A DNA stretch of 64,000 bases from Chrysomallon squamiferum. Taxonomy: Eukaryota; Animalia; Mollusca. The notes below the pieces were generated by a model. The model was not told the DNA's origin and did not search any database. It was given only the letters and a program-made list of their open reading frames with translations. This document shows, in pieces, positions 1 through 13,564 of this stretch (positions within the stretch are counted from its first letter, which is position 1; each line of letters starts with the position of its first letter). Where the stretch lies: positions 25,792,001 through 25,856,000 of the forward strand of contig CM022679.1 of NCBI GenBank assembly GCA_012295275.1. The letters run 5' to 3'. The position numbers and the translations under genes were made by a program.

Positions 1-1636
1 CCGACTCTGTGAATTACTATACGCACCAAACTTTATTTTGAAGACATTAATATCAAGGAATCTATAAGAGATCCCATGTGGCTTGCAACTGAAAATAAAA
101 AGAATTAACATGCAGGAAACGTTTTTATATTTCCAAGTAATAATTATAACAATGGTATGTCACCAAGAACAATAAACAATTTATTATATACAAATTTAAC
201 AAACTTTAAAGTGATACAGTAGTAAATAAATACAATTATTAAGGTTGAAATTATCAAATGGGGTGAATGTTTAAAAATACATTTTCACTGTTGAAAACAC
301 TATTGAAAAAAATATTGATAAATATAACAATTCATGATAAATCAAATATTCAATATAAGGTAATTATAAATAAAATTATACTTCCACGGTGATTTATGAT
401 TACAATACTAAACATTTTCATTATGAATCTGTTATGCATCTGAAGATATTACCGATATGTTGATGTTTTAATAGCATAGATATATTTTTTCTTCTTTTTT
501 TAATGTTGTTGTTTATAATGATCATTATTATTAACAAATGATAAACAGTAGGCAATTTTAGTAGATCATTTTAAGTATATAACAGATAAATGTACAACTT
601 TGTATGAAATATCATGACATAAAAAATTAAATAAATAAATAAGTCTTTAAAAAGGATAATCTGAATCAGTGTTGTAACTTCTTTATCAAAAGAACACACA
701 TCATATTCATATTTACATGGCCTGTTTATCTTTTGCTCGGCGATTCTGAAAAATTAAAACTGAATGCATCAAAATAAAATTGTTTTATCAAGTTATTTTG
801 ACTTTTAACCTTATATAATATAGTTTATGTCTGATAAATAAAATACAAGCACGCTTTCTAAACTAGTCAAAAAAACTATTTGATGAAAATATAACAACAT
901 AATGAAAATTAAAAACTGTGATGATAATCACTCGATACTGAATGACACTTTAATAGTTTAAACGCATGTTTTATAAATAAATATTATTTTTTAGTTTTCA
1001 CACTTTGTCTTTGAGTTTGTCTGTGTACATTATGAAGTTAAGTTGGCGTTTGACAGCTACATTGAGCGCTTGGTGTTTCTGGGACGACAAGCTTCATCAG
1101 TCGTATGAAACAGGGTGACCTGCCAAACCTAAGTAGTTCAGACAGTTTCAGGTAATCCTGTAGTGTATGTCTCGACAAGCGTTTTACTGAATACTTTTCT
1201 ACGATTTGTTGTTCTGTAGCAATTTCAGACATTAAAAAGTAACACTTTAAACTAACATTCTTTTGTCAATTCAGTAAATTTTCCCCGACACATGATAATG
1301 TTGTCAGTCTCCAATACATCGAAAATGTGAACATAATTTTGTAGAGAGATCTCACATTATATTTCATCTTTGTACTATTATTTACTTTTTCCGTAAACAT
1401 AATTAATTATTATTATTTTTAATAAATACTTTCTTAAGTCTGAACATTTGTTTAACTTTTCCTTAAATATGTTTTGTTGTATGCTCTTAAATATTTTTAC
1501 CTGACTGGTACACATGACTCATGAATTAATAATTTACCAAAATGAGTACAGCATTCACGGCATTTACTTCAATACAGACTGCAGAAATTTAAACGGTGTC
1601 CAGTAATATTTCGTTAGATCATTTCATAGCAAAAAA

Positions 1637-1707
1637 TCGACCGGGCGGCTACTCGTAACTAGAACATTTCGTAACTTGGGGAACTCATAAGTCGAGGTAC
1701 CACTGTA
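1637..1707. mobile_element. Tc1/mariner-pogo (Tigger-like) DNA transposon terminal remnant; a second copy lies at 49531-49554
   Basis: Ends ...CTCATAAGTCGAGGTACCACTG|TA; reverse complement TA|CAGTGGTACCTCGACTTA is a typical TIR with a TA target. Confidence 0.65.
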
Positions 1708-3008
1708 AATATATATATATATAACATGAAAAAGTTTAAACTAACACTCGTTTGTGAAACCAACGAATTTTTCCTTCTCATGATGTTGTTCGAAATTGCG
1801 AATATTTATTTATTTATTTATTATTTATTATTTATTATTTTAAATAATATCTTTTCATAAATATCTTTAGAGAAAGATTTCACAATATATTTTATGTTTG
1901 CATTATGGCTTAGTTGTTGTTGGGTTTTTTTTATTTTTTATTTTTTATTTTTTTTTTAGAATATCTTTCACAAACTTTGTAAGTTATTTATTTTGCCTGT
2001 TTGTAAAACAAATTTGAGCTAGGTTGACCTTCGAGATAGTTGTGCATGATTCGTTGAATTAATAATATTTCAATGTGAATAGTGTATTTACTGTACTCAG
2101 TTTGAAGCAGAAAGCACGAATACAATCATACTACAGCGATATTTCGTTACATCATTTCACACTAAACGATATACGAACGTGGTATACATTAATGCGCATG
2201 TGTATAGGACACTTAACCCAGAATTCTGAGGTATGAAATAAACCAAATGAAATAACACTCCAGTGTGTATGTGATCTCTTGTTATACCGTGAACAGTTGG
2301 TAGCATTCACTAATAATAATAATAATAAGAAGAAGAAGAAGAATAAAAGAATGTGATGAGGTACATGCGTACTCTGTTGACAGAAACTTCAGGAAATCGT
2401 TTCCAGCTCCAGAGAAAACTAATAAAGAAAAAATGAAATAAAAACTAATTATAATAATAAATTAAAATAACATAAAATAAAATAAAATAAAACAAAATAA
2501 AAACAGAATATATAATTTAGATGTATTCAGTGTGCTAAACAATAGAAATTTATCTAGACATCATATCTTGCCACTACGAACATACCTGTATAATACATGC
2601 AATTTATGGTCGGTTTGTTTGTTTCTGATTTAACGAAAAACAATAATTTTTTAGCTGAAATGGAACGGACAGCATATTAATGTTTTTTGTGATTTAGGCT
2701 CAATAAATGGCTGTTATAATACCATAATTCAACACTAATAATTCAAACAATGCAATCAAAAATTTGTTTAATACATAAATTCGAAGTTTGTTATCTAATA
2801 ATTTTGTTCTCTTTGTCTTCTCAGCTTGTAAATTTATTAAAAGTTAACCAATGTTCAGATTGCTAGAAAGAGCACCTGGATAAGACATTTTCTTATATAA
2901 AAAATGTTTTATATATACATACGTACACACACATGCACATTTATTTTTTTGTAGTCTGTAAATGCTGTGTTAATGTTTCTGATTATTAGTTTTTAAACTA
3001 ACTCCCCC

Positions 3009-3094
<86 letters not shown>

Positions 3095-3218
3095 ACACAA
3101 CAGAAACAAACGAAGATACACATACAGACACATTAAAAAATCTTAATAAGATAAAATAAAATAAAATATAAATAATCCATAAAATAAATTTTAAAAAATA
3201 TTATGAAATGAAATGGAA

Positions 3219-3281
<63 letters not shown>

Positions 3282-4670
3282 AGGTACTAAATAATTAATA
3301 ACTACAGCAAGATTTACAAGTTTTGATAAAGCACTTAACATTATATAATTATTATGTGTCACATATACTTTGTTCTGAACAAGTAATAGTCCCCAGGAAT
3401 CTCTTTTACATGAATAATAGCTGTTTGTACAGGTATTTCTCTGGGAAAAATAAAACAATAAAAAATTGCGCTGAATCATTTTCTTAATCAGTGACATCTG
3501 ACAACTGCTCCGAGGTATGAAAGAGACAAAAACAAAAAGATAACGTTTTAAGACTATAGCAAGATTTATGTATTGCGATAAACCTCTGAACCTGCACAAG
3601 TAAGTCATGTGACACTCACCACACGTGGAGTATCGGAAGATCGTCTTACAGTTAGCGTACAGAGCAGTACAAAGACATCAGTTTGTGTTTTCAGATTTCA
3701 AGGCGATAGACTCAGAGCGTGATTCAACTCTAAACACGAAACTAATATACATTTCACAGTTTTGTTTTATATATATAAAGATCAAATCCAAAGATAATTT
3801 ATTATATTATTATTATTATTATAATTTTAATGTTTTTCTTTTATTTAGATAATGAGTCTATTGAGATTATGAATTACTACACGTACCAATCTTTATTCTG
3901 AAGTTACTTATATCAGGGAATCAATAAGAGATCGCATGTGGTTTGAAACTGAAAATACAAAGACTTAACATGAAATTTCTAGTGGAAACGTTTTAATATT
4001 TCCAAGTGATAATAATAATGATAAGTCACCAATAACAATAAACCAATTTAATATAAAAAAAAATGTTAACAAACTACTTTAAAGTGATAGAGGACTAAAT
4101 AAATAAAATTATTAAGCTTGAAGTTAACAAATAGGATGAAATTTTAAAAATACATTATCACTGTAAAAGACTAATGAAAAAAATTCATGATAATCAAATA
4201 TTCAACCTAACACAGTAATGTAAACTAATAGTAAATAAAAAATATATTTCCACAGTTATTTATGATTACAATACTAATAGTTTTCATTATGGGTCTGTTA
4301 TGCATCTGAAGGTATTACTGATATGTTAATGTTTTAATACTAATGGGTTTTTTTTATTCGTTTTTTAAAATCTTTTTATAATGATCATTATTATTAACAA
4401 ATGAGAAACAGTAGACAGTTTTAGTAGATCATTTTAAGTAGATAACAGGACAATGCACAACCTTGTATGAAATATCGTGATATAAAAAATTAAATGAATA
4501 AATAAGACTTTTAAAAGGAAAATCTGAATGAGTCTTGGAATTTCTATATCAAAAGAGCAGACATCATATTCATCTTTTGCCCGGCGTTGCAGAAAAATTA
4601 AAACTGAATGCATCAAAATAAAATTGTTTTTATCATAGCCAAGTTATTTTGACTTTTAACCTTATATAAT
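1684..4670 (+). repeat. Segmental duplicate of ~49531-52273; sub-modules recur at 1-1030, 10630-13400, 24050-24510 and 33480-35030, and inverted at ~30610-33210 and ~62530-62995
   Basis: Recurring blocks such as CTGCACAAGTAAGTCATGT, GCATCAAAATAAAATTGTTTT and CATATCTTGCCACTACG (reverse complement CGTAGTGGCAAGATATG at ~30882 and ~62873). Confidence 0.9.
3019..3090. repeat. (TC)n microsatellite
   Basis: Seen directly. Confidence 0.98.
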
Positions 4671-4976
4671 ATAGTTTATATAGTTACTATAATATAGTAA
4701 AAGTTTATGTCTGATAAATAAAATACAAGAGTACTTTCTAACGTAGTGAAAGAAACTATCTGAAGAAAATATAACATTTCATGATAAATCAAATATTCAG
4801 CCTAACTCAGTAATGTAAACTGATAGTAAATAGAAATATACTAGAAATATATATATATATAGCATATTATTTTGTATAATCTAAAGAATATTCTGTCAAG
4901 CTAACTTATTAAAATCTGCTAAAAATGAAGAAAACAAATAGAATGATAAAAGATTTAGATAATTTTTAAAAATACC

Positions 4977-5019
<43 letters not shown>

Positions 5020-5333
5020 TAACATCAAGAATAGATAAATAAATATATTACAGGGACATATTTAGCATATATTATTTTGTATAATTTAAAGAATATTCTG
5101 TTAAGCTAACTTTTAAAAATCTTCTAACAATGAAGAAAACAAATAGAATGAAAAAACAATTAAAATAATTTTCTCAATTACTTAATAATAATAATAATAA
5201 TAAATATCTGAAGTGTATCTATATAATTATTAATAAACGTTTAATCTACACAAATAAACCAAGAAAAACGTTTCATGTTGCATATCTGAATTATATTCAT
5301 TGTCGGATCTAGGTTGTTATAAACAAGTGGCAG

Positions 5334-5518
5334 TTCCCGAGAAATCACCACGACTGTATAAATTCTTAATCCGTGTACGAGGTCTTTGTTACTTTTTAAT
5401 TATATTCATTGACGGATCTACGTTGTTGTAAACACGTAAGAGTTCTCGAGAAATAACACACTGTATTAAATTCACAGTACATGTGTACGAAGTCTTTGTA
5501 CGTATATTTTCCCGGGAA
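5334..5518. promoter_or_regulatory. Three TTC-N4-GAA (STAT-like) palindromes upstream of chimeric gene A; two equivalents upstream of gene B (13692, 13754)
   Basis: TTCCCGAGAA (5334), TTCTCGAGAA (5443), TTCCCGGGAA (5509); TTCAACGGAA (13692), TTCCCGGGAA (13754). Confidence 0.4.
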
Positions 5519-5688
5519 ATCTACGATAGCAGTTACGCTGGATAGGTTTGTTTATTAGCAACGACTCCGAGTTATAAGAAGAGACGAGCGCTTTACTGTT
5601 GTATTACATGATTGGTGCGTACAATATCGTGCACTGTTAACGAGCCAGCCGAAAATCGTGGGAATGAAGTAAAGAACTGAAGCAAAGA

Positions 5689-7927
5689 ATGGAGCGTTTA
5701 ACTGATTTGTTAGTGTTATTTTTATTGTTGTTGTTGTTGTTGTTGTTGTTGTTATTATTATTATTTACATTAATAGTAAGAGTTAATATTAACTTATTAA
5801 TTAATTAATTAAATAACTATATAATTAATTTATGATTAAATTTTAAAACATACAAAACATATTTAAAATCTGGCTTCCATACTTTGCATAATAAAATCAG
5901 CTTTGGTTAATTATAATTGGTTACATGTTATTCATCTCAGAAAATTGTGAAGAAAAAAGAAAGAAAAAGATCCTATGTTTATTATCTTAATGAGAGATAT
6001 TTTATTTGTGTTTTTATGAGTTTTAAAAACAGGTGGAATAATGGTGCGGAATATGTTTTGGGAACTACTAAATTCTCCGAAAGATTCCGATCTCTGGAAA
6101 TTGAGGTTCATAATAAAACAAACAGCATCCTCCATTTAAAATCAACTCATTTTGAAGAAGGAGAATGGTTTACTTATCCTCTCCCCCGAGACATCAAACC
6201 CGGTCAGAAAAGCTTTGGACGTGTCGCAAATCGTCAAGCTACAATGGAAGGTGTGAAAGGTGGCGTCGAGTTTGAAATAGGAAGCACTGGGATGAACTTT
6301 TACATTGGGTTTGAGAATCCTTTTAAAGGTGACTACAAGTCTTTCATTGCTGTTGATAGGAATGAATCAGCAAAGTGGGCTTGTGAGAAAAACAGTGAAG
6401 GTTCTAGTAAGACTCTGAGAGGTCGCGGTTACAGTTTGTCATGTTCCCCACAAAATCCAACGGAATCGGAGTTTAAGAAATTCGTTTTCACTATTAAAAA
6501 GGTCAGTTTAATATGCTACCCCTACATGTATATATGTATAAACAAAAAGCAGTTTTTGGACTAATATAAAATTATTGAATGTTGTAATAAATAAATAAAT
6601 AAATAAATAAAGATATTAAGAAACTTTAAAAAAGAAAAGAAAAAAGAAACCGTCAAATAAATAAAATAATAATAATAATAATTATAAATAAAACAAATAA
6701 AAAATTAAGAATCAACGACATTAGTTTTATAATTCAGACAGCTCAATACAAAAATTAATAATGATGGTCTACATTTGCTAAGCCTGTTTTTAATCAGGTA
6801 TTTTAAACATTGTGCATAGTTATATACACACATACACCTCAAGTACCAAAACAGGAATCTTAAACAGGTACCAAAACAGGAATCAGTACGTTTCAACATT
6901 ATATTGCAGTTATTTTAATCAGTGTTACATGACCTCTAATAAAATAACTGAGATCTCTATGTATATATGAAAATGAGTACTCTGTCGTTAAATTTATTGT
7001 GAGAAATAATAGGTTTAGTTTACGTCATTTTTATTAATCTGACAATTGTTTTTAATTTTACATTTAATATACTAACTCTTGCTGTACTGTTGCTGAGTAA
7101 CACTAGTGTAAATAAGGTCCGCTATTTACCTCTATCTCTTCTCTTAATAGGTTCGAATGATCCATTAAAAGAAAAGGTGTTACTGGAAAAAATTACATAA
7201 TAACAATAATAGTGAAAATTTTATATTATTTGTTACGGAATGAATAAATCAATAAATTAATGATTAAAACAAACTAATATTATTATATTATTTTTTTACA
7301 GGATACACTAAATATTAAGATTACCAACACAACTCCCTATGATCTATGTTACAAAAATAAATTCGTGGAACCTGAAAGTACTTTGGTTAAGCCATGCACC
7401 ATTGCAGCTAATAAAACCGAAACCATCGTTTTGACACATTCTAGTGGATGTTTAGGAAAAGTGGCTGGTGGATTCAAATATACCCTCTTAAAAGGACAAA
7501 AATTAATCTTGTACATTGGCTTTCGTAAGACAACAGTGAAAAGTCTTGGGACATTCATTGACATAAAGAACGATAAAACAGCTGAATGGGCCTGCAAAAA
7601 AGCAGTCATTAAACGCCAAACCAAAAAGAATCGTGGCTACACTTTGCTTGCTTCCACAGACTATAAAAAACAAACTTTCTATTACACTATTAAAAATGTT
7701 GTAAGCAAAACTTATTTTCATTTTCTAACTTTATTTCATATCATCATCGGTATTATTTGTTGCGCGAGTGACCCCGTGTTTGTGTGTGTGTGTTTCATTC
7801 ACTCGGAAGAAATCCATTAGCATAGTACATAATAACTAATAATAATGTAAATTAATTTGATTACACTATGAAAGTATGCCTCTGATCATTATGTTTAACA
7901 GTTTTATGTCTTTTAGAATACTACTGC

Positions 7928-7962
<35 letters not shown>

Positions 7963-8311
7963 TAAAAAAGCTATTTTTTAATTCTGCTGCAGGATATTTA
8001 TTTCTGGAATGTCATGCACCAGTTTTAATGAACTTAACCTTACTTTTATCATTTATTTCACTGGACATCCCTGAAAATGAGCAAAACCTGTTTTTTATTT
8101 ATTTATTATAATTTTTCTTTTCATTTTAAAAAAAAAAAAAAACGCGAAAAATAATTTATTTCTCAAAATGAATTTTAAAAGTGCATGCTTTTTCCCCCTT
8201 TTTTTTCAGCTGTTCACTGACTCTCAAAAACTACGTCCCCGTCAGAGATGTTTACCACGACAGAAACGAAGAGTTTCCAAGAGAGGCAGAGAACGATGTA
8301 GAACAGGCTGA
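5689..8311 (+). CDS. Chimeric gene A (~329 aa): two aegerolysin/actinoporin-like beta-sandwich domains plus a GAR1-exon-5-derived basic tail; exons 5689-5708, 6033-6501, 7302-7700, 8210-8311
   Basis: GT-AG introns, phases 2/0/0, open frame: MERLTDL-WNNGAEY...[11 protein letters not shown]...GEWF...P..I.PG...GVKGGVEF...[10 protein letters not shown]...TIKK / DTLNIKITNTTPYDL...LYIGF...KTAEWAC...YTIKNV / LFTDSQKLRPRQRCLPRQKRRVSKRGRERCRTG*. The last exon aligns with GAR1 56012-56110. Confidence 0.75.
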
Positions 8312-9315
8312 TGAACTGGACCAGTTAACTTCAAATGAATTTCCGTTTTTTATACTGGTTAAAATAACTAAAATAACTAAAACATTATATATAATTTAAA
8401 GTTTGATAAACTCATGAGAATGAATAACACGATATAATTTAACAAGCATATAATTTTGTAACTCGGTCTTTCAGCTTTACAACATCATTTACATGTGTCC
8501 TTGTGGTATTGGTTTTGATACCTTTTTAATGCTTTATTTGGTAAGTAAACAAAAACTTACGTTAACAAAATCTTCACCATGTTACATCATGGCTTGTTTT
8601 TTTGGGGGGAGGGTTAATTATTTAACGAAGGTGATTCAAAACCCAGCGTCAAAATACATACCGAGACGATACATAATCACAATAAATGTTATCACAGGAT
8701 TAGTGCAGTCTATGAGTATCATTGGAAAGAGAAACATACAAATCTTGATCTGTTATCACAAAAGAAAACAGCTCTTCTTTTCAGAATTGCATTTTTATTT
8801 TATAAATATTCAAACCTAGTTGATTATTGCACAGTATTATGATATAGAAAAAACCGTAATCTGAAGAATACACAAACGTAGATGTAGTCCACATTTTACT
8901 TCATTTCCAGCTGACTTTCCAATCCTGTTATTAGACTGGAAATAATCCATATAAGAATCCAATACATCCTTATAAAATTGGATAAGGGGGATAACAATAT
9001 TTGTCGTTTTTAGATACTAAGTCAAAATTAACCATCATAGAAATGTGCAACATCATGTCTAAAATGTATTGTTTCATTAAAAAAATAATGATAGTAATAA
9101 ATAAATAAATCATCAAGAAAAATGTAAGTATCTGAGAAGACAACACAGAATAAATATGCATTGCAAAAACACAGATGTTAATTTTACCGGTATTGTATGA
9201 ATATCAAAGTATCCATGCTAATTATTATATTTTATTTTATTTATTCATTTATTTATTTGTTATTTCTTTCTTTCTTTATCCCATATTTCTTCGAGTTCAT
9301 TATATAGAAATCCTG

Positions 9316-10622
9316 CTTGCAGTGGGGTAAATGCTATATTGTTACTGCCACCTGTTTCTTTACAGTCGTACTGTCTGCACAAACACAGATTGCTTGCCTA
9401 ACTTTTGCTTTGTTGGGAGAGAGAAAAAAAACATTACAGAATCAACATATGTAGTATAATTTTGCAAGGTGAGGGACAAATAAAAAAAATCATCAGTTTA
9501 AAAGTTAATTTTGACAATTGCTATTGTGAAAATATAACTGCAGATTGTATAGACTATTGTAAAATAAATAAATAAATAGAAAGTAAAACATTTACAGTTT
9601 CTATACAAAATTTTCTATTATGAAAATGTAATATCAAACTGTATAAGATATCCTTAAACAAACAAATAAATAGATAGATATATATTAACATATTTTTATA
9701 AAATAAAATGCGAATTTTCATTCAAGCATAGTAATTAAGAGTTTAGAGAAGATGGACTATATTATGTAATCCTTTATTTTTAATCACGTATTTTTTATAT
9801 TTTTACATGCTTACGTAGATACGTAGACGTAAAATAATAAAACAGAACTCTTAAATACAACCAGTACGTTTCTTCATTATAGAGCAATTACTGTAGTCTG
9901 TGTTAGACGACTAAATCTTGATTTTTTTCTAATATACTATATTTTAAGAAATGTTGATTAAAAAGGAGAAAAAAGGAACATTTTAAAAATATTTTCTATA
10001 GTGGCTTAGATGATACATACCTTTTTCTGAATATAAACAAACAGTTTTTAGATATTCTTCCTTTAGTCTTGGCATCAACGCTTGGATCATATATTTTGCC
10101 TAATGATTTGCCCAGTGTACGAAGACAAAATCTAACAACTTCCTGATATGCATCTTGCTCTCTGTCTATAGAAGTACAGATTAATAAAGTTAATCTGTTC
10201 ACTTATCTGAACAATGTCAGATTAATGATCTGTTGCGCGAAAGAGACGGATATTCAAACTAATTTTTAAAATGTATTAAACAATTAAAAACTTATGAAAA
10301 CTGAAACGAAAATAAGAAAAGAAAAAAGAAAATGAAAAAAGAAAACAAGTTTAACATTTCAGAAAATGGACTGTTGATCTGATTCACATTCTTTTAGCAT
10401 TAGCATTAGGTTTCTCGAGATTCATAATATAACTATCTCACTTAACTTACTAACTAAATTTATAAACAAATGAGAAAATGACGAAAAGAAGAGAAAAGAG
10501 AAAATTTTGAATCCAAAATTACCTTCTTCCTCCTTTATTTTTCCATGATGTCTCAGCTGGAGCAGGCTGATGTTTCAGTTTTTTCTGGTGGAATTCAGTC
10601 ATATTGGTAATTTTCCTTTTCA
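9316..10622 (-). pseudogene. PRPF31: Degenerate PRPF31 C-terminal exons (~10622-10523, ~10167-10045, ~9408-9316)
   Basis: EQDAYQEVVRFCLRTLGKS...VDAKTKGRISKN resembles Prp31 EEDAYQEDLGFSLGHLGKS...NEATKARISKT. IAFTPLQ and a PP.K...PAP exon remnant are also present, with stops and frameshifts. Confidence 0.8.
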
Positions 10623-10793
10623 CTGAATAAAGCTAAACGATATACGAATGCGTATACTTTAATGCGTATATGTGTAGGACACTTAACCTAGTACTGTGAG
10701 TATGAAATAAACAAAATGAAATAACATTCCAGGGTGTATGTGATCTGTTATAAATTTCATATTTATATATATAAAAAGACTAAATCAAGATAA

Positions 10794-10854
<61 letters not shown>

Positions 10855-11913
10855 TAAATGTTTGGTTTTTTTTTTTTTTTTTTTTAGTTTATAAGTCTAT
10901 TGAGATTATGAATTAAACACGCACCAAACTTTTTATTCTGAAGTCACTTATATCAGGAAATCAATAAGAGATCGCGTGTGGCTTGCAACTGAAAATACAA
11001 AGAATTAACATGCAGTTTATGATGGAAACATTTTAATATTTCTAAGGAATGATAATGACGATAAGTCACCAAGAACAATAAGCCAGTTTAATATAACAAA
11101 ATGTAAAAAAAAAAAAACTACTTTAAAGTGATACAGGAGTAAATAAATAAAATTATTAAGCTTGAAATTTCAAAAATAAATTGTCAAAAAAAGAAAACTT
11201 ACGAAAATAATAAAATTGATAAATATAACAACTCATGATCAATCAAATATTTAACCCAGAAATTTAAACTAATAGTAAACAAAAATATACTTCCATAGTG
11301 ATTTATGATTAAAATACTATAAACGTTCATTATGGATCTGCTATGCATGTGAAGGTATTACTGATATGTTGATGTTTTAACAGCATTCATTTTTTTGTAA
11401 TGATCATTATTGTTAACAAATGAGAAACAATAGACAATTTTAGTAGATCATTTTAAGTATATAACAAGTAAATGCACAACCTTGTATGAAATATGTGATA
11501 TAAAAAATTAAATGAATAAATAAGTCTTTAGAAAGGAAAATCTGAATTAGTCTTGGAATTTTTTTATCAAAAGAACAGACATCATATTCATATTTACATG
11601 GCCTGTTTATCTTTTGCCCAGCGTTTCAGAAAAATTAAAACTGAATGCATCAAAATACAATTGTTTTTATCATAGCCAAGTTATTTTGACTTTTAACCTT
11701 ATATAACATAGTTTATGTCTGATAAATAAAATACAAGAATGTTTTCTAAACTAGTGAAAGAAACTATTTGATGAAAATAAAACAACATAATGAAAATTAA
11801 AAACTGTGATGATAAACACTCGATACAGAATGACACTTTAATAGTTCGAAAGCATGTATTATAAATGAACATTATTTACAAATTTTCACACTTTGTTTTT
11901 GAGTACGACTATG

Positions 11914-11944
<31 letters not shown>

Positions 11945-12625
11945 TCGTTTGTGAAACCAACTAATTTTTTCTTCTCATGATCATGTTCTCAAATGCGAAA
12001 ATAATTTAGTAGAGAGAAAGATTTCACCTTATATTTTTTCTTTGTATTATGGATTTAGATGTTTCTGTGTTGGTTCTTGTCGTGTTTATTTAGTTATTAT
12101 TATTTTTTATTTAATTTTATTTAATTTATTTATTTATTGTTGTTTTAAAGAATATCTTTTCATAATGCAGAGAGAGAGAAAGATTTCACGTTATATTTTA
12201 TGTTTGCATTATGGATTAGTTATTTGTGTTGTTATTGTTGTTTTAAAAATATCTGTTCACAAACTTTGTAAGTTAGTTATTTTGCTTGTCTGTAAAAATA
12301 TTTTTGTTGATGAGCTGGGTTGACCTCCCTGATTGTTGTGCATGATTGGTGGAATTAATAATATTTCACTGAGAGTAGTGTATTTACTATACTTACTTTG
12401 ATACACAAAGCAGAAATACAATCGTACTATAGCGATCATTCGTTAGAACATTTCTCACTAAACACCATACGAACGTGATTCTGCATAGTTTAAAGCGCAT
12501 TTGCATAGGACACGTAACCTAGTATTGTGATGTATGAAATAAACAAAATGAAATAACATTCCAGGGTCAATAGTAGGTAATAATAATAATAATAATAATA
12601 AGAAGAAGAAGAAGAAGAAGAAGAA

Positions 12626-12671
<46 letters not shown>

Positions 12672-13512
12672 CATAATAATAATAATAATAATAAATAAAC
12701 CAGCAATTGAACACAGAAAGAAATAACTTTTAGCAATATATAATTTACATTTATTTGTCGAAGTAAATTAAATGTCCGAAACAATAGAAATTTATCTAGT
12801 CAGCATATCTTGCCACTACGTACTTGCGTGACTACATATATTATGGTCGGTTTGTTTCTTTATGATTTAACGAATGAACAACAATTTGTGAGCTCAAATG
12901 AAACGGACAGCATTATATGCATAATGAAACAATCAAAATTTGAGATCTGCACATATTACTTGGTTCTTTATGTGTTAGGCACGTTTCTGTGTAAAATTAA
13001 ATGACAAATGATTTTAATAATTCACACCAATGCAATCAAGAATTTGTTAACACATAAATTCAGTTTGTTTTCTAATAATTTTGTTCTCTTTGTCTTCTCA
13101 GTTGGCAAATTTATTAAAAGTTAATCAATGTTCAGACTGACAGAAAGAGCACTGGACAAGATATTTTCTCATATAAAAAATGTTGTATGTACACACACAT
13201 ACATACATACATACGCACATTGTTTTTGTGGGTTTTTTTTGTTTTCAATTTGTTTTCTTTTTGTTGTTTTTTTGTTGTTCATAAATGCTGTTTTAATGTT
13301 TCTGATTATCAGTTTTTAAACTAACTCCTCTCTCTCTCTCACACACACAGAGACAAACGAACATAAACATACAGACATATTAAAAAATATTAATAAGATA
13401 ACATAAAATAACACGATTTTAAGAATAATTAATTTTCATGTGATTTTTGTCTCTTCCATGGAATTTTTAAACACCTCCCCGACATGACGAAACAGCAATA
13501 TTAATTTAAGAG

Positions 13513-13564
<52 letters not shown>

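Noticed and set aside
3201-3852. ORFs 3201-3608 and 3625-3852, and most other 60-130 aa ORFs in the track
   Set aside because: They lie in repeats or microsatellites, have low-complexity F/I/Y/L composition, and their frames are not conserved among duplicated copies.
7151-7176. Possible mini-exon (TAG|GTTCGAATGATCC...AAG|GTG)
   Set aside because: Phase is incompatible with the flanking phase-0 sites and the donor is not conserved in copy B.
7701-7820. Hydrophobic C-terminal extension of ORFs 7365-7820 and 15478-15915 as a membrane anchor
   Set aside because: It follows a strong GTAAGC donor conserved in both copies, so it is most simply intron read-through; intron retention cannot be excluded.
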